In this document: one piece after another, positions 1 through 13,346 of the stretch
How the letters are laid out: the number at the start of each line of letters is the position of its first letter
Numbering within the stretch: the stretch's first letter is position 1
Origin: Dudresnaya verticillata
Taxonomy: Eukaryota
Assembly: GCA_977862235.1 (NCBI GenBank)
Contig: OZ374563.1
Location: 1,240,001 to 1,304,000, forward strand
DNA: 64,000 nt
Reading direction: 5' to 3'
The notes under the pieces: model-generated
The model's input: only the letters and a program-made list of their open reading frames with translations
Databases searched by the model: none
Told to the model about the DNA's origin: nothing
Position numbers and translations under genes: made by a program

Positions 1-2073
1 ATTCAGCCCTTGACCGCGAAAATCTGCTTGCAAGTCTGGCACGAATCTTATCCTTGTCCAAGATCATAAGCCCCGTAAATGCATCATGGCCTGTAGGAGC
101 ACCCACGCCTTCGTCCAGTCCCCGGCGGATACTGTGATTCCCTTCGATGATATCATCCTCAGGCCTTGCCACCATCGTTGCATCCTTCCGGGCTACAGTG
201 TACAATGTGATGGCGTCTAGGAGAAACTGCTCCATTTTGCTCAATTCCGATCCAAGGCTTGACAATATGATGGCACGGAAAGTAATTGCAATTGTATGCA
301 AAGCTCTCAGAGAAAGTTTGGTGGACCTCAGAACATTCTTCACTCTCTCCGCTCGTGACGCCTCCATTAGGACCCGAAGTGCAACTGCGTGGAGCGACAC
401 CTGCTCGTACTGGATCCATTTCCGTTCGATCAAGGGAGCTCTTTCCGAAGCCCTGTTTGATGTTTTCAACCTTTCCTCGTACACTGCCTCATACCATAGT
501 GTACAGGTTAAGGAAGGGAAATAGGATTGAAGTTTTATGAACTGGATTTCATTTGTCTTATCCACGTTCTCCTTCTCTGTCTCTCCATCCCCAATCTCAA
601 GTGTCGAAGCTGTACCGACAACTGTCACCAGGCTGAGCTTAGGCATGTACAATTGCATTTCTTCCGCAGAAAGAGGAGGGAGTTTTATTCCATACTCTTC
701 TGAAACAGTTGCCTTGTACTCATCGAAATATGCAAGGATGAAACCAAACGACTTAAATAGCACGTTTCGGACAGACATCCTTCCCGTGTTAATGGTCCTT
801 GCAGTTTGCTTCCGTAGAATCTCAGCGGAGCCCATAAACGTCTTCTCCGAAGACCAGTACTTCCTTTCGTCGCCACTCTGAGAAACAGTACAACGTAACG
901 GGTCTTCACGGGCGCGCTTATGACCGCCCTCCCTAGATTCATGGGCTTTCATGAAAACTTGAACCACCTGTCCTTTCATAGTCTTCTTCTCGAATGTGCG
1001 GACATGTTACATTTCTGTCCTGGATAAACTATTGAACAGTTCACCCATCATTTCCAGAGTGACTGTGTCGATTCTTTTTCCGTCAATGGAAAGTGAGGCA
1101 CAGCCGAGTCTAGAATTCCCTATTGCTCGCCTCGCAGAACGAAGGAAAAATACGTACAGCCATTCGGGCATTGAAACAGATGTGTGTGGTACATTCTCCC
1201 GGCCAGGGTAGGGCACGAAGAATAAAGCCTTCCCCGCCCTCGATGACAAAATCAAACGAAGGACCATTTCAGAGTAGCGCTCCCTCCCCCTGTGCTTGCT
1301 ATAGAAGATTTTTGCATCGTCTTAGTATCGACGCGCTTCCGGCAGAAGAGATACGAGGGAAAAGTGGGAATCGTTCTGAATCGAGATTCGATACCGACGT
1401 CATCACCAACGGAAGTCTCATGAGATGCAGCAGGTGTATCAAGCGAATCTTCCAGAGCTTCAGTTAAATCCGAGTCAAGGTTGGCAGTGAGTGTTCGTAG
1501 AATGATCCACGTTAACCGCGCCCGATCCGCAATGAGTGGTAGCCCAGGAATCTGTTCAAGCTTGTCGAATTTCACATCTTCCTCATACCCGAACTTCTTG
1601 CGCTTGCCGGTACCATCCTTTCGCGACTGCTTGCGCTGCGTACTCATGACATTTGCGTTGTCCATGCTTTGCTTCAGTCCATCAGCAATCGTAGATATCT
1701 TCTGCACTTCGTCTTGTACTTCTTTCTTCAAGGAATCAAACCGGGTGTTGATGAAGTCTTTGATTTCTCGCAACTCCCGTTGGACGACGGAAGCAATCTG
1801 GAGGTTGAAATTCACGTCGGGATCGGTGGTACGGGAACAAGCACGACGTGAGTCGTTAGCACAACACTTGTTCTACTGTAGCTGTATCTGCATGTTCATC
1901 GGACCAGAGCCAGTCCTGATTCGACCTCGCTCTTGCGATGCGGATGCTACTATTGCAGATTTTGTCATTTCGGATAGCACCGCTGTGGGGTCCGGCTTGT
2001 GTGCAATGTTTTCGATGGGACGAAAAGGACGGTCGTCCTTGTGCAAGGTTGCAGAACTGGAGTGAAGGAACAA
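1..2073 (-). pseudogene. Degenerate large gene of unknown function, running off the left edge
   Basis: Manual translation gives an unbroken frame from ATG 979 to base 1 (MKGQVVQVFMKAHESREGG..., absent from the ORF track because it has no stop). ORF 1007-1267 is in the same frame behind one TAA. ORFs 1252-1815 and 1873-2073 share a frame separated by one TAG, and a frameshift near 1255-1267 links the two blocks. No domain recognised. Confidence 0.55.
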
Positions 2074-2588
2074 CTACGCAGTGCATACTGAAGATTTATA
2101 AAGGTCGACTCAGTTCCCTTCCGTTTGTTACAATACGCATATTCCTTTACGATGTTACCAAGCTGTCGGCAGCCCGATGCATAGGATTCCTACACCTTTC
2201 TGTTCGTTCCGGTTTTCCCGCCACAACAGTAGCGTCCGGTAATGGCAATTCCAACCGCGCGGCATCTCCCAATGGAGAAAGGGTACTCGTCACACAGGAG
2301 ATTACACTTTCAGGTGTAATCATGGGTCCCATGGGTGACTCTACGGCTGAGAAGATGTCCCGATAGTGAGTGGAAGCGTGGGATATCCTCGTCCTTGCAC
2401 CCTTCCTCACAAAGGGTAAAATTAAAGTGATTGCCAAATTCACAAATAGACTGCAGTTTCAATCAGTTAATAACCCAATAGTCCTTTCCTATAAGGCATA
2501 TCTCGTCATGTCATTCGCCATGGACACTCAACATTGCACCACGTCTTCAGATGTATCTTCGAACAGTATTGCATGTGCTCAATGAACG

Positions 2589-2714
2589 AATACTATGCCA
2601 CGTTCACGTCACGAATTGAGGTGCGGTTTCACATCCGGGCATATATACCTATATGCCTATATGCCCGGATGTAAAACCACACCTCAATTCGTGACTTGAA
2701 CGTGGAATAGTATT
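2589..2714. repeat. Long inverted repeat (57-bp arms, 12-nt loop), hairpin or MITE-like
   Basis: Arm 2589-2645 (AATACTATGCCACGTTCACGTCACGAATTGAGG...GGGCATATA) matches the reverse complement of 2658-2714 with 4 mismatches. Confidence 0.9.
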
Positions 2715-3750
2715 TATACATACCAGATGTTCAAACATGCATGTTCGCAGCTCTGCATGCATGCATTCCAGGCGCCTGGAAGGCATGCAATTATAGAAAG
2801 GACAACCTTTTCTATGTACGTATCCTTTCCTGCAATGTGGATAAGGGGATGAAAGGAAGGAATATTGTTCCCAGGGATTGTTTTCTTGCAATTTCACTGG
2901 CTAACTAACTTGTCCGCCTACCCTGCAAGGCTATTGCCATTGGATGACCTCAACGGCGCGGGGGACATGCTTATCTCTGTCTTCTTACAGCGATTTTAGC
3001 TTCTCATCCCTCCCGCGCTTTTTATCTGTGAGGTTGTTTTCGTGGTTAAGCACTGGCGATCTTCAATCTTCTTAAGGGAGCGGGAATCCGACAGTGATGA
3101 TCCAGGAAAAGGGCTAGCCCGTCATCCCGTGATGAGAAGACCAACCGTTAATGTCGATTCGTCTCGGCGACGTCGCCGACTACAATGCACAAGAAAAGGC
3201 TACAAGCAATGAAAATCCCGTCGTTGACGGAAAGATTGTTCAATACCTCTCGTTGCTCGCCGTGACTGTCCAAGCCGTGTCTTCACAACGACTTCGCCCT
3301 AAGTTTCTAACCTCTCGCCCTACCATGAGTCTCCCTGCTCTCTGAGACTGCCAAGCCGCCGCGTCGCGATCGTAAGGCGTTAAAGCCTTTGATCTAAGGT
3401 AAGGAAATTAAATTCTTCCCACAGCTGAACTTGCATTACTTCTTTTCACAGCTGACCTTTCCTTGAAAGCTTGCAATTTTCATCCGACATGCTTGTCATG
3501 CAACAGGGCAATGATTACAGATCAGCTGAAGTCTAGAGTCATGGCTATCCCTGGCCTTTCTTTCGGCGATGAAAAGACTAAGCTGTTCGAGTTCTAGCCC
3601 TGTCACACGCCGGGGCCCCGTTCAAGCATGATAAGTGGAGCAGGTCTAGATCGCAGCTGCGTTCATTCCACTTTTGTGGAATGATGTTGCGGACAATTTT
3701 CCGCATATGAAGTTTAACCTTTCACGTGTGTGTAAATTCTCTGTGCTTAC

Positions 3751-3900
3751 AACCATGAAGGCAGAGTAACTTTAGGTGCAAGGATAGATTTTTAGAATAA
3801 GTTATAGAGTAGCGTAACCATTAAGGCACAGTAACTTTAGGTGCAAGGACAGATTAATAGAACAAGTTGTACAGTAGCATATACATGCAGAGGCAGTAAA
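3751..3900. repeat. About 65-bp tandem repeat, 2 copies plus a partial third
   Basis: AACCATnAAGGCAnAGTAACTTTAGGTGCAAGGAnAGATT... recurs at about 3752 and 3817. Confidence 0.8.
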
Positions 3901-5085
3901 CTACGGTGCGACGGGGTCTTGTGTACTGTTTCATACTGCGGCGGTCGCCGCAGTATGGGAGGGTAGACAAGGCCTTTTAGTAGGACCAATTTACTTGTCA
4001 TTTCATGAACGCGATATGCAGCAGCGATATGCTGCCGCGCTATACCGCGCCCGTGTAGGGTTCGGGGACCGGGATGCCGGTCGCGATAGAATAGGTCAAT
4101 CGCAAATGCCTCCACAAGGCCAGTAACGCTAGAGATCAGATTGTCTGCATTATACAATGAGGACAACTACAGTTCTATATGTAAGTGAAGTCTACTTCTA
4201 CAGTTCTTCCCACTGCGACAATAGAGATCGGGATGGACCTTTCGTCGAACTCACCATTTTCTAACTGTAGAGTTGCGAATTCTCATCATGTTAGGATGAC
4301 AGTTCTACAGGAAAAGAGTTGTTTCAGTTGCACCAGAAGAGGTAAACAATCTGCACTGGAGGAATACGGGAGGCTATGTGAGATGGAATCGGTTTACTAC
4401 ATTTCTCAGTACAACCGCAGCTGCGAAAACGGGAATCTCAAGTTCCGATAACGCAATGATGAGAGTTACTACGCAATGAGAGCCATGGCTCTCATTCCGT
4501 AATATCTCTCATCATTGCATTACCAACTTGCAAGTTATTCGAGCAAAGTTGAGTTTCAAGCGGCAGTAGCCGCTTGAACTCCTTTAGCTGTGATCGAACA
4601 ACTTGCAAGTCAATGGTAAGGGAAACTACAAGATCATAGTTGGTGAGGGTCACATGGGATGTAGATGTGAAGCCACAACCCTGCAATGAGTACAGTTCAT
4701 GAAATCACAACTACGCTGGCTCTAATATCAGAACTGCGCAGAACCAAGGGATTTGATTTCGGCAACTCTGATTTTACACCGTTATTCACCTGTAATTTTT
4801 GTATAATATTTTGCGCTGCACAGAGTACGGCGAGCTCTGATCTGGCCCGGCCAAATAGAGTTTCGGGCCCTCATTTGTCCCCCTGGTGTTCGCTAAGTCT
4901 CATCGAAGCCCACTCAGGCCAGCAACGCTCCTAGAAGGTTGAATCCTTTTCCGCTTTGCGGTGTTCGTTACCCAGAGTGAGGGGAGAGACGTACGCTCCT
5001 GTAATTGTCCACTAATACTTAGTTGAGCTTCTCATACGAAAAAGGGTTTCCGTATGACCAAAAGGCTGATATACAGACTGGTATA

Positions 5086-8000
5086 TCAGTAGTTAGGCGG
5101 GAAGGGGGATTCCCTTCTTACGGTGGTACCGCTTGACTAAGTTATCAGGGAGATGCTGTCATGGTTCCCACGTATCCTGCGATGCAGGGCACTGGTACCA
5201 GCGTACCTTGCACAGTTCCGACTCTGCGTCGTAGCCGACTAACTTGTCATAAACATACTCCCGAGGGGGGGCTTTCTTGAAGCATGAAAACTTATGGCGT
5301 GGAGCCGTTTCGTCTACTTCTGTAGCAGCTGGCTCGTCAACAGGCCGAGGAGGGCTATTGCCCTTGGATGCCGTTGACGCGCGATCGCCTGATCCAGGCG
5401 GTATGAGATCCTCACGAGCGGGTGCGGTTATGCAAGCCGGGCCAGCGTCATTATCGAGATTATCGATCTCTCGCCGTGGGGGCGAGACAGTCGGCGCATC
5501 TGCGGCCTCGACAATCGTTTCTAACAACTCACCGTCGGGTTGGGCCGGCGCCCTTTCAACATTGCTGGAATTTGGGGGTGTTACCCTCGAGGGTGGGCCT
5601 GCTGGTTCCGCTGCATCAGGCCCAGATTCCACAATAGGGGGCTCTTGCCCAAGGGCGCCGAGCTCATCGTTTGGTGATGGGGCCAATGTTACATGATCCA
5701 GAGAAACAAACTCTTTTTCGCCAGCTTTTTGCAGCACGACGGTGTGCGTTCCTCGTTCGAGCACCTTGAGGGGGCCTAGGACTATCGGGAAATTTTCCCT
5801 TCTCGAGACTCGCCTTTGGCGTCTTTCATCTTCGTTTCTCTCTCGAGAAATACCCATTGACCGCGGCGTACGTTCCGGTTAGTCAGACGAATACGATTGT
5901 TGAAGTTAACTTCATATCGGCGTTGGGCCACCCGCAGGCGTGGTAACGCTGTATCCATCAGCTCCTCGAGCCGGGTGGTCAGCCGTTTCTTCACGTTAGT
6001 CGCTGGAACGTTGTCAAAGTCTACTGTTTCGGCCTTTTCCATTAAGAGTGACGTTGGAGGGTTAGATAAAACCAGATCAACGGGCGCGAGACCCGTCGCG
6101 CGGTGAACGGTCGTGTTATACGCATACGTCAAGGCCGACGTGAATTCAATCCCAATCCTTCCTGGTCATCGGAGATGAAGTGTCTTAGCCCAGCCAACAA
6201 GGTTCTTTTAAACCTCTCAGTTTGTCAATTCGTCTGTGGATGGTACGTAGACGTGAACAGATTCCTGATCCGAAGTATGCCACAGATGGCTAGGAAAAAC
6301 TGCGATGCGAACTGCGGGCCGTAACGGTCCGAAGTTCGCATCGAAGTTTTTCCACGACAACGGTTGTCCGACAAAACATAGTGGGGAGGCCCGTAAGTGT
6401 ATATCCAATGTTCTCAGAACGCTCTTGCAACGGTACAAGCCGATACCGTTTTCAATGGGACAGCCCTAGTGAGCTTTGAGAAGCGATCGGGTATTACGAG
6501 AACGTACTCGTTACCTTTTCTTGGTCGGGATAGCGGTCCTAGGATGTCAATCCCCACGAACTCCAACGGCATCGTAGCCGGGAATAGCTTCATATAAGAA
6601 GTATGTTGTCGTAATTGGACTCGTTCCCGAGCGCATCTGACACAATTTCGAACGGCCGCGTATACGGTGAGAGCGATACCAGGCCAGTAGACCTGTCGGC
6701 GCAAGTTATGATACATTCTGGTGCCACCGGGATGGCCTGCCATCTCGGGATAGTGCGCCAGCTGTAGAACCCGTTCCTGAAGGACCCTAGGTATTACTAC
6801 CTGCAATGTATTGTCGATGTAAGACCGTCGGACTAAAAGTCCCGTTTCGTCTTGGAGGTAACAGCCTGGCTTTCCAGCTTCGATGTCAAGCTTAATACCC
6901 TTGCAGAATTGATCTGTCAATTGCGTGCGAAGGATTTCTTCCGCCGTAATTAGAGATAGACTCTTCTCTTCCACTTCCTTTTCAGCCACAGTGGCTATCA
7001 GCTGCTCATCCTCGAATTCAAACTCGGCTAATTGGTCCTCGGCTTCGACTTCCCAAACCTCCAAAGGTCGCGGCTCGGTTTCGGCTCTCGCTTCTCCTTC
7101 GGAAGGGCGATCGGGAAAGCCCTCGCGCTCGCTATCGGCGATAATGAAGCAAGGGATCTCTAGATCCGGTTCCCAACTGGTGAATCCATAAGTGGGCAGT
7201 CGCGAGACGGCATCCGCTATCTGGTTCTTGTTACCCTTAAGATATTGAACCGTGAAGTCGTACTCTAAGAGTCGCAAGCGCCAGCGCGCTAGACGACCTG
7301 ATACGTCAGTCATACTCATCATCCACTTGAGCGCTTCTTGGTCAGTATAGAGGTCAAAATGTGACCTCTCCAAATATGGTCTGAGAATTTGTGTGGCCCA
7401 GACTACAGCGAGACACTCCTTTTATCCAACGGAATAATTCCGTTCAGCGTGGGTAAGGCCTCGGCTCCAGAAACGGATCGGGTGGCGTGTGCCATCCGGC
7501 TCCATCTGCATAAGGGCACACCCTATCTGATAATCACACGCATCGGTATCTACTGAGAGAGGTCTATCTTCCTTAGGGAGCCGGAGGATCGGTAGCGCTA
7601 TGAGTGCCTTCTTCAACAGGGAGAAGGCTTCTTGTTGCCGTTCATCAAACGGGGGTAAGTTGAACCCAAAATCCTTCTGTAGAAGCCTATTAAGAGGAGA
7701 CGCGACCCTAGCGAAATTCGGTACAAAGCGTCTATAGACGTTACACAATCCAATAAACGACCTTAGTTGTGTCTGATTCGGGGGCTCCTTGAAACTTCAA
7801 TAGCTTGGGTGTTTTGGTAGCCACCTCTAGCAGCCCTGGTCGGATCACATGTCCGAGGTAGTCCACACTCTCTGTAAAGAAATAACATTTCTTGAGCTTT
7901 AGCGACACGCCTGCTTGCTTTAATACAGAGATTATCTCTGGAACGTGGCCTATGTGTTCGTCGATACTCTTGGAAAAGACTGCGATGTCGTCCAAATAGA

Positions 8001-9871
8001 CGGGACAGGATTTCCATCTGTATCCCGACAATAGAATGTCAACCGTTCGTTGAAACATCGCAGGTGCATTGAAAAATCCGAATGGCATTGGCAGAACTGA
8101 AAGCAGCTAGCATAACAGGGAAACGCTGTATTGAGCTTATCTTCAGCCGCAACTGGTATTTTCCAGTAGCCCGAATTGCAATCGAGGGCGGTGAAATACT
8201 GGGCGTCGCCCAACGAGTCCAAACACTCATCCATGCGCGGTAGAGGATAAGAATCCTTGATTTTAATCGCGTTCAGTTTCCTGTAATCGACACAGAACCG
8301 GAGGGATCTGTCAGGCTTCTTAACCAGTACCACTGGACTGGCGAATTCAGAGCGTGCTGGCTCTATGAATCCTTCCTTGAGCATATTATCGACCTCGTCC
8401 TGCTCCGCTTGTCGTGCTTTCGGCCCTGAACGATAGGGTTGTGCGGCTACAGGTTCGGAACCTTCTGTGAGCCCAATGCGATGCTCCGTGACCTTTATGG
8501 TCCCCAGTTTCCCGTTCCACATGTCGGCGAAAGGGCGCAATATTTTGCGATGGCGGCGTCTGTCAGACGGGGATAGGTGTTCTAATTCCAAGTAGTCGAC
8601 TGTGAGCTTCTCAGTGGCGGTATTGACGCCTAATTGGGAGTTGGCCGCGCCAAGAGCAGCAGCTAGCCCTGCCCCGGTACATCGAACGATATATCGGCAG
8701 GAGAACTCGAGTCATGTGGCTTTGGGTCCGTATTGTCGGGGAAATCGGTGATGGAAAGAGTAAAAACCGGCGTGGCCGTGGGACTTGGAACGGCGCGACC
8801 AATGACTTTGTTCTTGGTTAACCGTTGCACTCTGTGAGAGACGTTGGCAATCTTAACACGGAAGAGAAAGTTCTCTTGTATCTTGATGATTCCATTCGTG
8901 GCAACCACTTGCTGAAGATCGTAAAGACGTTGGAAAGAATCCAAGAAGTGTGTTCCTTTTGTGGTGCAGGATACCGCGACCTAGGTTTCAGAACCGGCTG
9001 TAAATAAGTTGTTTGAGCAACTCGTACGAGGCACGAAGTAGTTCGTGGAGGGACCTCCATGGATTCGCCAGAGCGTGTGGCTCTCGGGATTCCGCATCGC
9101 CGTCGTAGAATGGTATGTACCGAACCATCACGTAAGACTGCGTGTTGCTTGCGCACTCGAAGTTGTTCGACATGGCTATCGATAAAGGTGCATCCTAGAA
9201 TCATATCGACGGCTAGCGCCGAAACCACGACGAAGGGTTGACGGATCTTGTAGATTCCAATCCTGACGACGAGGGAGATCATTCCTAATGTTGGTAAGCG
9301 ATGGCTTGATGCCGAGGTGAGGTTGACAATCGACTGGGTCGAGAAAACCTTCTTCCGGTCGTCCAAAGAGAGAACGTCAGCTCTGATGAGATTGGGGCCT
9401 GCACCCGTGTCCAGGACTGAAAGTGCTTGAGTCAAAGTTTTAACAGAGGTCCCAACGGACGCGACAACTTATAGTTGTATCTCGATAGCGCGCACACTGG
9501 GTCGTTAATATACTCATCATACTTGTACCCGGGGCGTAAGCCCACGGGGCGTGCTAAAAGCTTCTTTGGAAGAGGAAGCGGGGGTTTCCGCGAGAAAGAT
9601 CGTTCGGGGGAGGAAGGACATTGGAAATGGCATTCCTCGGAGCGATCGGGGGTTTCGATACGACTGGAGTCGCCCCGTGGACCGAAACCGGTTCCCCCCT
9701 TGCTAGTTTTTCGGTATACTAGAAGGCGACTGCGGAAACGGTCGAGGCGGCGGAGGGCTTCTGCAGCCTGGTCTTAGCGACCGTGCCGCCGTCGGCGGCT
9801 GTCGCGGAGTGTCCACTGGATGATTGAATCCCCCTTGAAATTGGGCATGGCCATTTCGGCTTGAGGCAGAC
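5086..9871 (-). mobile_element. Ty3/Gypsy chromovirus copy A: degenerate gag end plus pol (PR-RT-RNaseH-IN-chromodomain), no LTRs seen
   Basis: Fragmented minus-strand ORFs carry protease LDTGAGPNLI, RT LRFCVDYRK/YPLPRMD/YLDD, RNase H DTDACDYQIG, integrase HHCC and chromodomain VRWYQ...DTWEP. Many frameshifts and stops. Nearly identical in protein sequence to copy D. Confidence 0.93.
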
Positions 9872-10562
9872 TGTAGTAGTATGGCGCGACGAGCCAGTAG
9901 CCCGCTAAACGGCAAGGACAGCTGTCCCGTGCGCGCACATACCCTAACGAGGGTAGCTCAATGGGGGAGTTGGTAGAGACTTTGAGGGAAAAGGGAAAAG
10001 GCTAACGTGCCTGAAAGAAAGGGAAAAAGGGGCGGCGCCACCCTAGCACTCGTAGAGTACAAAGCCGTACGAGGCTAAAGCTTGTAAAGCGCCTGGAAGG
10101 GGGAGTACGGTGAGCCCGTGTAGACCAAAGAAAGGGTACAGACCCGAAACCCACCGTGGGGTTCTATTCAGCCGACCCCTGCTAGTCAGGGGCGCAATAA
10201 ATATGGCGAATGCCGAAAGCGCCTTCGCCGCTATTCCTATTATAAGCTATTGAAGTTAGCGTTAATAATTACAATGAGGTAGTGAGCGGTAGTACTCCGC
10301 CCTGCGCACGTAAGGTGCTTATGACTCGGGCGCGCTCCTGCGCGTAAGGCCATGGTAAATCAGCCAATCACGGCTAGCCATCTCATTGGCGCCGTGCTGT
10401 TCCCAGCAATGCCATATGGAGTGGCCAGCAATGCACTGGGCCTTACAGGGCGGCAGTACGGGCGGCGCCTTACAGGCGCATGCCACGCGCAATATTACCC
10501 GCGCATTACAGGCGCAAAACACGTGTACGTGCTTACAGCCGCTGGCGGCTCATTGTACCACA
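9872..10562 (-). repeat. 3' LTR of element B (691 bp)
   Basis: TGTAGTAG...GTACCACA. Differs from the other LTR by about 5 substitutions and 2 small indels. Purine tract AGAGGGGCCG (minus strand, 10563-10572) abuts it. Confidence 0.95.
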
Positions 10563-11150
10563 CGGCCCCTCTGTAAAGCTGAGAGACCAGCGAAGCCAGC
10601 AAGGCTGTTTCCATTGGCCCTGTCGTGCGGACGCGTGTGGACGTCCCAAACGGCCGTTGAGGGCGGATGTAACCGCCACCAAAACGCCCGTCTCGCGACG
10701 TGCGAGGGCGACAACTAATAGCACGCCCCTCCGGCGTCGGGTTCCCCGTCTCGACGAGACCCCATTATCGCTTTCGCGCGAAAGCTGTGAGCGGCGGCCT
10801 ATTTCAAGCGCGTGTGGGCGCGGGCCTCTGCCGTCACCTCCGCCTATCTGGCTTACCACAATCCACGCCGTCGCTTCCTCCCTCGCCGCTGGTGGCTGTG
10901 TTTCCTTCCTCGCTTTTCGGGGACTCACTTCCGTCCCGCGCGCCAGGGCGCCTCATCCTCAAGCGTGTTCACGCGTCGTTTCCGCTTCGCGGCCCAACCT
11001 CTTCACGTGCCGTTGCGCTCTGTCTGAACTTGTGCGCCCTTCTGCCTGACCGTCGTCGTCCTGTGTGCCCGTTGAGGCGCAACTACGCTACCGTCACGGT
11101 TCAAGTTTGCAAGACGCTTCGACGAGGCTTATTCATCCAAGAACTCAATC

Positions 11151-13346
11151 ATGAAAATCAACCAGCAGATGGTCTTTGGAAACGCCGGTTCCAGCGTTGG
11201 AGTCCGTGGCTTCGAAATGGACGAGGCAGGAGTGCCGATCACAATCAAGAATAGCCGCGACTGGCGTGTGCGCACAGATCTTTCCCACATCAAGGCCAAC
11301 GCTGGAGCCGACCGTAGCGAGATCCGCCGTCGCCGGGCAAGACGTGCACAGCGCCGCACCTGGCATGCACACGGTCGTCACCGTCTTGGTCTCCTCACGG
11401 GACTCAACCGGGAGTTGCCTACCATCGAAGGCCCTTGGAAGTGGGACCTCGCTCATCCACGTTTTCGCCGTGAGGTCCTTTACACTTCAGCCTTAGCGAG
11501 GCTCATCAACTTCCGGATCGAGGAGGTTCAGGCCGTCCATAACGCTGGAGTTTTCGATCTGTCGATCGTATGCCACCAACGGCCGTTCATCCGTGCAGGA
11601 AGGGACAACTACCCGTATACGATGGCGAGGGTTGTCCGCTGGGACGATACGTCAAACTTTAAGTATGCCCTGGACAACCCTCAAACGGCCATGCCGTCGG
11701 ATTTGGTACGCTTCGAGCGTCGCCACCGCCATCGTACTGGCTGCTTCATTCCGGCTCATTGCCAGGAAGTGACCTCCATCCGTCCGGAGTTTTATCGGAT
11801 CAAGTATCCTCAAGTGCCTGACGACCAGGCTGGTTTGGAGGTCTCCTACTCGATGCCCGTGGGAACGCCTACAATTGTGGCTTATCTCGTTTTGGAGATG
11901 ATGAATGTGGCGTACGACGAGTCCCTACTCTGGACGATATTCCGGCACGAGTGGATCGTGATGGTGACACAAGTTTTCGTGTATGAGGCCCGTCGGGGCT
12001 TTCTGTACTTCATCGGGAAGCCCCTTCGGGTGTGTATTCGGTCCCTCGGCTCGTCTGCCTTTACCACCACAGCGGAAGACGCCTCCGACCTCGATGCGAT
12101 CCTTTCCTTCGTGGAACTTATTAGATGGAGTCGAATGACTAAGTGCAATCGCTTCTTACCCGAGAACACGGGGCATATCACGGCCGTCTTTGATCGGGGT
12201 GATTGGGTGGAGTTCGACCAGGAGAAATGGATTCCAGTCTTACCAGACTTCATATTAGTCGAGCTTCCCACCGAGGGAGGGTCCATTGCCTTAGAAGAAG
12301 GCGAACGCTGGACTGGTTACACCAGCGGTTGGGTAAGCGTGAAATGGCGCGAGGAAGGCCCGGCTAGCCTTGAAGAGGTGCCGCCGTTCGACGGCACCGT
12401 CGACGGCCAACCGCAAGGTCCGTACGCGCCTTCATTGGCTCACCACTATCGCGCAGGTGCGGAAATCCGCGACTTGTTTAACCGCCGAGGTCTGGCCATC
12501 CGACTGGCGGTACACTGGAACGTTCATAACCTCAACTTGGCGAGTCTGGCCGACTGGGTCGAAGACGTCTTAGCCGAGTACGAGGCGCGCTGGATCGAGA
12601 CTCCGGGTCCCGTGGAGCAAGCCCGCCTTCGGGCGCATCTTCAGGCGTTACAGCCTTTGGGTGGTGTCAAAGCTGAAGAAGCTGAGGAACCCACAGGTGG
12701 TGTTGGCAAGAAGAGCCGTAAGGGGCTTGGTCACCCACAGCGTCCATCCGCAGTAGCCCAAGGGGCGATTGGTGCCAAGTTAGGCCTTGACGCCCGCGAA
12801 GCCACCGAGGCTGATGCAAGCAAGATTCCCCGGGAGGAAAATGTCGAAGCGTCGGCTGGTCAGCCCGAGTTGGCTTCAGCGCCGTCCATACAGCCGCCTC
12901 CCCCGGCTTCCGCCAAGGTGGATCAAGTCACGAATGACCAAGGTCAGAAGGTCCCGATGCCGGACCAGTCTGCCGCAACCCAGCCCATCGGGGCTAAAGG
13001 GGGAACTACGGGGGTCCCCGCTACGGCCAGAGAGCCTTTGCCGTCAGACCCTATGGCTTCGGAAGTCATCGTGAAGACGGAGCTCCTCCTCAAAGAGGAG
13101 GAGGAAATAGAACCCATGGAGGGCGAGGGTGAGCGCGGTGGCTCGCCCATGGATATCGAGGGGCAGGGTTTAGGCCGTGATGGCGCAGCCAGTGAAGGCT
13201 TTGGTGGACGCCGAGGTCGCGGCCCTCGTCGTGGGCGTGGAGCGCGCATTGTGCGCGAAGTGCGCCGCGTCACGACGACGCGTGCGCCGTCTGGGCCTAA
13301 CCCTCCACTTGAGGAGAATGAGGTCATTGACCTTCTTTCCGATTAG
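11151..13346 (+). CDS. Extra antisense ORF of element B, 731 aa, unknown function
   Basis: Uninterrupted ATG-to-TAG frame between pol and the 3' LTR, opposite to gag-pol. Aromatic-rich, globular-looking N-terminal about 490 aa, then a Pro/Ala/Glu-rich tail with Arg-Gly repeats ending EVIDLLSD. Confidence 0.8.
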   Translation: MKINQQMVFGNAGSSVGVRGFEMDEAGVPITIKNSRDWRVRTDLSHIKANAGADRSEIRRRRARRAQRRTWHAHGRHRLGLLTGLNRELPTIEGPWKWDLAHPRFRREVLYTSALARLINFRIEEVQAVHNAGVFDLSIVCHQRPFIRAGRDNYPYTMARVVRWDDTSNFKYALDNPQTAMPSDLVRFERRHRHRTGCFIPAHCQEVTSIRPEFYRIKYPQVPDDQAGLEVSYSMPVGTPTIVAYLVLEMMNVAYDESLLWTIFRHEWIVMVTQVFVYEARRGFLYFIGKPLRVCIRSLGSSAFTTTAEDASDLDAILSFVELIRWSRMTKCNRFLPENTGHITAVFDRGDWVEFDQEKWIPVLPDFILVELPTEGGSIALEEGERWTGYTSGWVSVKWREEGPASLEEVPPFDGTVDGQPQGPYAPSLAHHYRAGAEIRDLFNRRGLAIRLAVHWNVHNLNLASLADWVEDVLAEYEARWIETPGPVEQARLRAHLQALQPLGGVKAEEAEEPTGGVGKKSRKGLGHPQRPSAVAQGAIGAKLGLDAREATEADASKIPREENVEASAGQPELASAPSIQPPPPASAKVDQVTNDQGQKVPMPDQSAATQPIGAKGGTTGVPATAREPLPSDPMASEVIVKTELLLKEEEEIEPMEGEGERGGSPMDIEGQGLGRDGAASEGFGGRRGRGPRRGRGARIVREVRRVTTTRAPSGPNPPLEENEVIDLLSD

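Noticed and set aside
11151..13346. env-like gene
   Set aside because: Antisense orientation, with no evident signal peptide or C-terminal transmembrane anchor.
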